From the NCBI GenBank assembly GCA_963825135.1, contig CAWGRW010000009.1, positions 2,304,001-2,368,000 on the forward strand: 64,000 bases of DNA. Reading direction: 5' to 3'. Position 1 is the first letter of the stretch, and every line of letters begins with the position of its first letter. The notes beneath the pieces were generated by a model. The model did not search any database. It saw nothing but the letters and a program-made list of their open reading frames with translations, and had not been told where the DNA came from. Position numbers and translations under genes: made by a program. This DNA is from an uncultured bacterium (GTDB lineage: Bacteria; Desulfobacterota_D; UBA1144; Nemesobacterales; UBA2774). Positions 57,691-64,000 of this stretch are shown in pieces.

Positions 57691-58791
57691 GTGATACTGA
57701 AATCCCTAATACTTAGAAACTTCAGGTCTTATGCGTCGGAGAACTTTTCTTTCCACGAGAGAATCAACGTTATATACGGTGACAACGCTCAGGGAAAGAC
57801 CAACCTGCTCGAAGCCATACATCTCCTGCTGATGTTCAGGCCGTTCAAGCAGGTGAGGTTCGAGGAGCTCATCAGCTTCGGCTCTTCCGAGTGCAGGATA
57901 AAGGGCGAGGTGGAATCGGAAGCGGGGCTCGATGAAGTGCATGTGCTTCTGAGCGGCGACAAAAAGACGGTTAAGCTTAACGGAAAGATCGTCTACAAGA
58001 CGTCCAGGATTCTGGGCAGATATAACGTCGTGTCGTTTCTGCCCTCGGACCTGGAGCTCGTCAAGGGGAGTCCCCAGGGGAGGAGGCGGTATATAGATGC
58101 GCTAATCTGCGCTCTCGAGCCCGCCCACCTGAGAGACCTCAAGCTCTACCACAGGTCACTGCTTCAGAGGAATGCGGTACTGGCTAAATCTCAGGGCCTG
58201 ACCCCGAGGGCGCTTGAGGTCTGGGATGAAAAGCTTGCCGAGACCGGGAGCCTCGTCGTATCACGAAGGCTAAGGTACATAGAGAAAATAATCCCTGACC
58301 TGATTCGTATCTATAAGCTATCGTCAGGCGACGACGCCGATGTGGATATTCAATACAGGAATTCTTCCGGCATGTCGGATAACCTCGAGGAAGGGTTCAG
58401 AAAGGAACTGGCGGCGAGGTTCGAGAAGGACAAGAGGAGGGGGCACACCACTTTCGGACCGCACAGAGACCTGGTAGGTTTTACGATACGGGGGAGGGAC
58501 GCGTCCCTGTTCGCGTCGCAGGGCGAGGCAAAAAACCTCGCGCTCGCGCTTAAGGCATCGGAGATAGAACTCGTCAGGAGCCTTATCGGAAAAACCCCGG
58601 TCCTCCTTCTCGACGACATAACGAGCGAGCTCGACGAGCGCAGGAAAGGGTTTCTCTTCGGCCTCCTCGACGACTTCCCCGGGCAGATATTCATCACCTC
58701 CACCAGTCTCGGAGAGGTCCGTTTGAAAGGAGCCATGCGGACATTTCACATCAGGGCCGGAAGAGCCGAGCAGAAGCAGGTAAACCGGTGA
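57691..58791 (+). CDS. recF: DNA replication/repair protein RecF
   Basis: GDNAQGKTNLLEAI, GPHRD, SQGE, LLLDDITSELD. Confidence 0.96.
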   Translation: MILKSLILRNFRSYASENFSFHERINVIYGDNAQGKTNLLEAIHLLLMFRPFKQVRFEELISFGSSECRIKGEVESEAGLDEVHVLLSGDKKTVKLNGKIVYKTSRILGRYNVVSFLPSDLELVKGSPQGRRRYIDALICALEPAHLRDLKLYHRSLLQRNAVLAKSQGLTPRALEVWDEKLAETGSLVVSRRLRYIEKIIPDLIRIYKLSSGDDADVDIQYRNSSGMSDNLEEGFRKELAARFEKDKRRGHTTFGPHRDLVGFTIRGRDASLFASQGEAKNLALALKASEIELVRSLIGKTPVLLLDDITSELDERRKGFLFGLLDDFPGQIFITSTSLGEVRLKGAMRTFHIRAGRAEQKQVNR

Positions 58792-58895
58792 TTGTATCGA
58801 TATTCCCAAGGGTTATGCGAGTCCATGCGGTAAATCCAGGTTAAATTTCATCTGTAATCCGGCGTTGATTTAAATATGAACAGGGAGGACATTTC

Positions 58896-59363
58896 ATGAG
58901 CGAGAAAGCCTTTCAGGATTACTGGGAAAAGAACAGGTGCTGGGGCTGCGGGAGCGGCAACGAGCACGGGCTCCATCTTAAAAGCTTCTGGGACGGCGAC
59001 GAATCCGTTTCCGTATTTCTGCCGTCTAGGAATCATAAGGCGGGGCCTGACGAATATCTGAACGGCGGGATAATCGCCACGATTATAGACTGCCATTCCA
59101 TCTGCACCGCGATAGCTGACGCTTACGCGCGGGAGAAGAGGGCATTAAACAGCGAGCCCTTTATCTGGTATGTTACGGCTTCGATGAAGATCGATTATCA
59201 CAAGCCGACCCCTATTTCCGGGCCTGTAACTCTCAGGGCCAGGGTGGGCGAAAGGGAGGGGAAGAAGACTCTCGTCGCTTGCGAGCTCTTTTCAGGCGAG
59301 CTCAAATGCGCGGGGGGGGATGTGCTGGCCATAAGGGTGTCTCCCGAAAAATGGTTTAAGTAA
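58896..59363 (+). CDS. PaaI/hotdog-fold thioesterase
   Basis: CWGCG..N..GL, LNGGIIATIIDCH. Confidence 0.88.
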   Translation: MSEKAFQDYWEKNRCWGCGSGNEHGLHLKSFWDGDESVSVFLPSRNHKAGPDEYLNGGIIATIIDCHSICTAIADAYAREKRALNSEPFIWYVTASMKIDYHKPTPISGPVTLRARVGEREGKKTLVACELFSGELKCAGGDVLAIRVSPEKWFK

Positions 59364-59426
59364 TATACGGCGAGGGCGCCAGGCTGTAAATTAATACATC
59401 ATAGAATCCGGCCCGCGGGGAGCGCG

Positions 59427-60287
59427 ATGAAAAGAATTGCAATATTTATTCTGTTAATATTTTTCCTGTCTTCAGCCGCGGTAATCGATATAAGCGCCGC
59501 GGAGCAGCCCCGGCCGGTCAAAGCCAGGATCGTGGCGGATGTCACTGCAGTCAAACCGGGCGTGCCTTTCAAGTTCGGCGTGCTGTTCGATTTAGACCCG
59601 CACTGGCATATTTACTGGAAGAATCCGGGGGACTCCGGTCTCCCCACGTCGGTTGTGTTTTCGCTCCCTCAGGGCTTTACGGCTACTGACCTCGGATGGC
59701 CCGTTCCCACACTCCTCAAGGGGGCGGGCAATTTGACCGACTACGGCTACGAGGACTCGCTCCTTCTGCAGGCGGGCGTAACGCCCCCTCCCGACCTCAA
59801 GCCGGGCACGGCCGCTAAATTCACGGCCCGGGTCTCGTGGGTAAGCTGCAGGGATATCTGCATACCGGGCAGAGCCGAGCTTGAGCTTGAGCTGCCAGTT
59901 TCAAAGAGCGCCGAGAATGCGAACAACGAATTATTCTCGGAATGGCGGGCGCGCTTACCGGTGAATCGTTCCGGCCGCAAGCCGCCTTTTGAAATAGACT
60001 CAAAAACGGCCGCAAGGGGCGAGAACGAGTACTCTGTCGTGATCCTGCTTGATCCCGGGGACTCGGTGAACGATATCGGGCTTTACCCCGTGCCCGGCGA
60101 TTCGTTCGTTGTCAGCGATATAGAGGCCGGGACGGACAAGGAGAGCGGTAAGAGATCTCTCGTCTTTAATGTGAGGGCGCTTGCGCAACGCGGGTCCCCC
60201 GGTAACGAGCTCGAAACCCTAATCGTTTACACGGACAAAAGCGGCAAAAGGTCGGGATATGAATTTCCGGTAGCATTGTCTCATTGA
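59427..60287 (+). CDS. DsbD N-terminal-domain periplasmic thiol-disulfide protein
   Basis: Signal peptide, WHIYWKNPGDSGLP, CRDICIP. Confidence 0.88.
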   Translation: MKRIAIFILLIFFLSSAAVIDISAAEQPRPVKARIVADVTAVKPGVPFKFGVLFDLDPHWHIYWKNPGDSGLPTSVVFSLPQGFTATDLGWPVPTLLKGAGNLTDYGYEDSLLLQAGVTPPPDLKPGTAAKFTARVSWVSCRDICIPGRAELELELPVSKSAENANNELFSEWRARLPVNRSGRKPPFEIDSKTAARGENEYSVVILLDPGDSVNDIGLYPVPGDSFVVSDIEAGTDKESGKRSLVFNVRALAQRGSPGNELETLIVYTDKSGKRSGYEFPVALSH

Positions 60288-60375
60288 TAGAGTTAATCCG
60301 GAGTATTTTTGCGGCGTTATCCTTAACACGAAATTAACATCGTCCTGATATGCTGGGAAAACGGAGCGTGTGTGT

Positions 60376-62406
60376 ATGGCCAGGAAACAGATACTTATAA
60401 TCGGCGGCGGTTTCGCCGGCGTGAAATGCGCGAAAGCACTTCGCAGCGGGCTTGCGAGGCAGGAGGCCGACATAATCCTATTCAACAGCGAGAACTACAT
60501 GGTATTCCAGCCTCTCCTCGCCGAGGTCGTCGGGGCGTCGATCAGCCCGGAACACGTGGCCCTGCCCCTGCGCCAGATGCTCCCCGGAGTGTACTGCAGG
60601 ACCGAGGACGTGGCCCATATAGATGTGGATAATAGTTACGTAGAGTTCATGGGCGACCGCGGGGTTAAGGGGATGATGTATTACGATCACCTCGTGATAG
60701 CGTGCGGCTCGGACGTTAACCTCGGCCTGATACCCGGGATGGCGGATCACGCCTTCCCCCTTAAGACCGTGGGCGACGCCGTGGCGCTCCGTTACCACGT
60801 CCTGCAGCAGATGGAGAACGCCGAGATCGCCGACAGCGTCGACCTCAGGAAGTGGTACCTGTCGTTCATAATCGTGGGAGGCGGGTTCAGCGGAGTGGAG
60901 GTCGCGGGGGAAATAAATGACCTCGTCAGGGGAACCCGCAAATACTACAGAAATATTCCGAAAGAGGAGATAAAGGTCACGCTTATACATTCGCGGGACC
61001 AGATTTTACCCGAGGTCACCTCCGACCTCAGGGATTTCGCCAGGATAAAGATGGAACAGGCGGGCGTAAAAGTAGTATTGAACAAGCGCGTCTCGTATGT
61101 GACTTCTGAATGCGTCGGGCTCGGCGACGACGGATTGGTCGAGGGCGCCACAATTGTTTGTACTGTCGGGAATGCCCCCTCTCCGATGATTGAGAAGCTC
61201 GATGCGCCGAAAGACAGGGGGAGGCTCCTGACCGGCCCCGACATGAGGATTCAGGGACTAAAAAACGTATGGGCGATTGGAGACTGCGCATTTATAATGA
61301 ATGAATATGACAGCAAGCCGAGCCCGACGACCGGGCAGTTCGCGGAGAGACAGGGGACGCAGGCGGCGAAGAATATAATCAGGGTGATGAAAGGTCAGGA
61401 GACGAAGCCCTTTCGGTTCAAGCAGGTCGGGCAGTTGTGCGCTATAGGCGGACATAACGCGGTTGCGGAATTTCTCAGGTTCCACATATCGGGTTTTTTC
61501 GCGTGGTTTCTGTGGCGTTCCGTGTACTTGTTCAAGCTCCCGACGCTCTCGCACCAGCTTAAGGTGGGGTTCGACTGGGCCTGGGAAGTATTCTATTCCA
61601 GGGACCTAGCGCATCCCAAGGGCGACAAGACGGAGAGGGTTTCGAGGGCCCATTTTCAACCCGGGGATTATATTTTCAGGGAAGGGGACCCTTCGAGCAA
61701 TTTTTACATCATAGAATCGGGCGAAGTCGAGGTTCTGAGGACAACTCCGGAGAAGGATAAGGAAATGACTGTGGCAGTGCTCGGCCAGGGGGATTTCTTC
61801 GGTGAAATGGCGCTCCTTGAAAACCGGAACCACAGTGCGAGCATAAGGGCGAGGACCAATGTGGAGCTCACAGTGATGGGTACGAAGGTATTCCAGCAGA
61901 TATCCGGCGCCCTGGCGCCCTTCAAGGAATTCCTGGCAGACGCCGTAAAGAGGAGGGGCAGCGATATCTGGCAGCGGATTCCCGCCGCTTACAATATATT
62001 AGAGGCGGAGCCCCTCAGCACTTTCGTCAAACCGCTTTCCGATAAGCTTCTGCCGTCGGATACCTTCCGGACCGCGGTCAGGAAATTGAGCGGCGACGAT
62101 CTCGACTTCTGCTGTGTTACGGATGATTCGGGCAAGCTCCTGGGTATCGTTACGCGTACGGACGTTTTCAGGGCGGTAGACGCGGGCGTAAGGCCCGAAT
62201 CCAGGGTCTCTGCGTTCATGAACCCGTCGCCTGTCTGCGTCACCATAAAAGACGCGAGCACCGTGGTTGCCGGGACCATGCGGGAGCGCGGCCTTAAATG
62301 GGTCCCGGTTGTAGACGACCAGTCTAATCTGAAGATTGAGGGGTATGTGAGGAGGGACGGTATGATAGGGTTCGTCCTCGAAAAACTGAGCGAAATAGGG
62401 GTTTGA
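60376..62406 (+). CDS. Type II NADH dehydrogenase fused to a cNMP-binding domain and a CBS pair
   Basis: GGGFAG, GGGFSGVEVAGE, WAIGDCA; IFREGD...FFGEMALL; LLGIVTRTDV / VPVVDD CBS motifs. Confidence 0.9.
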   Translation: MARKQILIIGGGFAGVKCAKALRSGLARQEADIILFNSENYMVFQPLLAEVVGASISPEHVALPLRQMLPGVYCRTEDVAHIDVDNSYVEFMGDRGVKGMMYYDHLVIACGSDVNLGLIPGMADHAFPLKTVGDAVALRYHVLQQMENAEIADSVDLRKWYLSFIIVGGGFSGVEVAGEINDLVRGTRKYYRNIPKEEIKVTLIHSRDQILPEVTSDLRDFARIKMEQAGVKVVLNKRVSYVTSECVGLGDDGLVEGATIVCTVGNAPSPMIEKLDAPKDRGRLLTGPDMRIQGLKNVWAIGDCAFIMNEYDSKPSPTTGQFAERQGTQAAKNIIRVMKGQETKPFRFKQVGQLCAIGGHNAVAEFLRFHISGFFAWFLWRSVYLFKLPTLSHQLKVGFDWAWEVFYSRDLAHPKGDKTERVSRAHFQPGDYIFREGDPSSNFYIIESGEVEVLRTTPEKDKEMTVAVLGQGDFFGEMALLENRNHSASIRARTNVELTVMGTKVFQQISGALAPFKEFLADAVKRRGSDIWQRIPAAYNILEAEPLSTFVKPLSDKLLPSDTFRTAVRKLSGDDLDFCCVTDDSGKLLGIVTRTDVFRAVDAGVRPESRVSAFMNPSPVCVTIKDASTVVAGTMRERGLKWVPVVDDQSNLKIEGYVRRDGMIGFVLEKLSEIGV

Positions 62407-62677
62407 GCTCTGCTCTTCCCGATTAGTATCCCCGCGCCCAGTACTATAAGCCCGCCCACTATCACCTGGGGAATATGAACCTCTTCCGCTCATCATCGCG
62501 GCCCCGGCTTATCCCCGTTCCGGTTTCTTCTTCAGTTCCCATTCCGGGCATTATACATCCGTTTTTATTGCAATTTTTACAAGCTGCTGCAGCCGGGCGT
62601 CAAGCTTGAATTGGGCGGTTTTTGGGGTTAGAATGGTTTTACCTGTGTGTACGGTTTTTAATCTACGGGAGGTAATG

Positions 62678-63352
62678 ATGGGCAAGATCAAAACATTAAC
62701 TGGGTTTATAATAATTTTATTGCTGGCGGGTGTGAATATCCGTGCGTCGGAGACGGATATCACGATAACGGAGTTCCGTCAGCTCTATGACAGTCTCCTC
62801 GCGGGCAAGACGCTCGTCACCTCAACTCAGGAAGACGGCGTGGATATAGTCAAGGAGAGGACGTTCGGTCAGGCCGTCGGCGTCGGAGGCAATGATTTTG
62901 AAGTGCCCACAGAGTTAGTGATTTCGAAATCGAGAGACGGGGTCCCGGCGGAGACCATAAAAATAAGCATACTCGACAGGATTAACGACCTTGGCGGCCA
63001 GCCTATTATTTACGAAGAGGCCAGGAATATGGAGGTCGAGAGCACCGGCGCCCAATCCCGCGATACCGGTGAAATTGAGTTTATGGGTCTTTTCCGCGTC
63101 TCTAAAAACGATAAAGGCGGGTTCGACGTCTACAACTTCGGGCTTACCCCCTCTGTGGTCGTTGACGGCAGTACCAATAAGATAGCGGGTTCGAATCTGT
63201 CCTATTCGTGCTACCCCGAGAACGGCCTGACCAAATGTGTTTTGACAATACGGGATTTTCACCTCGGCCCCTACACCCCGCTAGTCGGTTATAAGCTCAT
63301 GCAGCCTGTGGGAGGGGATTTGGTAGAAATTTCTGAGGAAATGAAAAAATAA
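62678..63352 (+). CDS. Secreted hypothetical protein
   Basis: GGAGG RBS, signal-peptide-like N-terminus. Confidence 0.65.
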   Translation: MGKIKTLTGFIIILLLAGVNIRASETDITITEFRQLYDSLLAGKTLVTSTQEDGVDIVKERTFGQAVGVGGNDFEVPTELVISKSRDGVPAETIKISILDRINDLGGQPIIYEEARNMEVESTGAQSRDTGEIEFMGLFRVSKNDKGGFDVYNFGLTPSVVVDGSTNKIAGSNLSYSCYPENGLTKCVLTIRDFHLGPYTPLVGYKLMQPVGGDLVEISEEMKK

Positions 63353-63416
63353 CGGTTATTATATCGGTATTGGCTGTATATACTCATTATATAGAAATTA
63401 TTTGGAGGTCAATAAA

Positions 63417-63791
63417 TTGAAGAAAATCGCGTTTCTGATAACACTTGCCGCGCTCATCGGCTGCCAGACCTATAATCCGGTCGTGGACCCGCAGAGCGTC
63501 GGCAACGGCGACGCATATTACAGGGACCAGGCGGAGTGCAGGGCCATAGCCCAGCAGGGGGCGCCCAATTGGCAAAACACCGCTAAAGACACTGTAGTGG
63601 GCGGAGCGGTGGGTACAGGCACTGGTGCGCTAATCGGTACGATAGCGGGGAATACCGTGGCGGGGCTCGCGTACGGCGCTGTAATCGGCGGGCTCGCCGG
63701 AGGCGCCAAGGGAGTATACGATTCGGAGAAGGGCTACGAGCAGATATACAGGAACTGCATGATAGGAAGGGGATATAACGTTCTCAACTGA
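63417..63791 (+). CDS. Glycine-zipper lipoprotein
   Basis: LIGC lipobox, GGAVG..GALIG..GAVIGG glycine zipper, CMIGRGY end; GGAGG RBS before TTG. Confidence 0.85.
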   Translation: MKKIAFLITLAALIGCQTYNPVVDPQSVGNGDAYYRDQAECRAIAQQGAPNWQNTAKDTVVGGAVGTGTGALIGTIAGNTVAGLAYGAVIGGLAGGAKGVYDSEKGYEQIYRNCMIGRGYNVLN

Positions 63792-63806
63792 CAAGCATCT
63801 AGAGGA

Positions 63807-64000
63807 ATGAACGACCGTAACATCCGGAGATTCCTGGATATATTCGATCTCGGCCGCAATTTCTCGGACGAAGAGCTGAAAGACGCCTATAAGGACCTCG
63901 TGCAGGTCTGGCATCCGGATAAGTACTCGAACAACGAAAGGCTCAGGAATCGCGCGGAATCCAAGATAAGGCTGATCAATGAGGCTTACGGCACGCTCAA
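63807..64000 (+). CDS. DnaJ (J-domain) protein, partial at the right edge
   Basis: Manual translation LKDAYKDLVQVWHPDKY...INEAY with the HPD motif. Confidence 0.88.
   Translation, partial: MNDRNIRRFLDIFDLGRNFSDEELKDAYKDLVQVWHPDKYSNNERLRNRAESKIRLINEAYGTL

Noticed and set aside
61989..62496. Minus-strand ORFs overlapping the NDH-2 fusion 3' end
   Set aside because: Mostly antisense to the CBS domains; a short hydrophobic stretch alone is insufficient evidence.

Overview
Bacterial chromosome window from a diderm organism (TonB/ExbBD, outer-membrane barrel, sigma-54 regulator, PilD); a deltaproteobacteria-like lineage is my inference only. Layout: (1) 1-7 kb, small housekeeping and stress genes plus an exbB-exbD-tonB operon with a Fur-like box. 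(2) 7-14.6 kb and 29.9-45.4 kb, a minus-strand surface-glycan locus (GT2, GT4, GT32, NodZ-like, three HTTM-type membrane proteins, a GT2-nucleotidyltransferase fusion, an HprK-like kinase) with tandem duplications and pseudogenes. (3) A ~15 kb genomic island (14692-29617) integrated at tRNA-Thr(CGT), with decayed integrase and IS3 remnants. (4) 45.8-64 kb, core genes (minCDE, hemY, a two-component pair, pilD, CDC48-like ATPase, recF, an NDH-2 fusion). The best candidate for an undescribed system is in the island: an operon preceded by a c-di-GMP-I riboswitch that encodes a stand-alone PatA/PatG-type S8 protease, a 63-aa CxxC protein, a stand-alone PatG C-terminal (DUF) protein and three small peptides sharing an 'IPGFTA..SL...VI(S/IP)Q' leader. 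Two of the peptides sit in near-identical tandem cassettes with swapped Cys/Trp-rich cores, and no cyanobactin tailoring enzymes are present. The island also carries a FecR-TPR-beta-barrel / Cys-rich secreted protein / CHASE2 cyclase / cNMP-glutaminase module whose cyclase has guanylyl-cyclase-type specificity residues. All calls are from motif recognition by eye; no database searches were run, so novelty is unverified.
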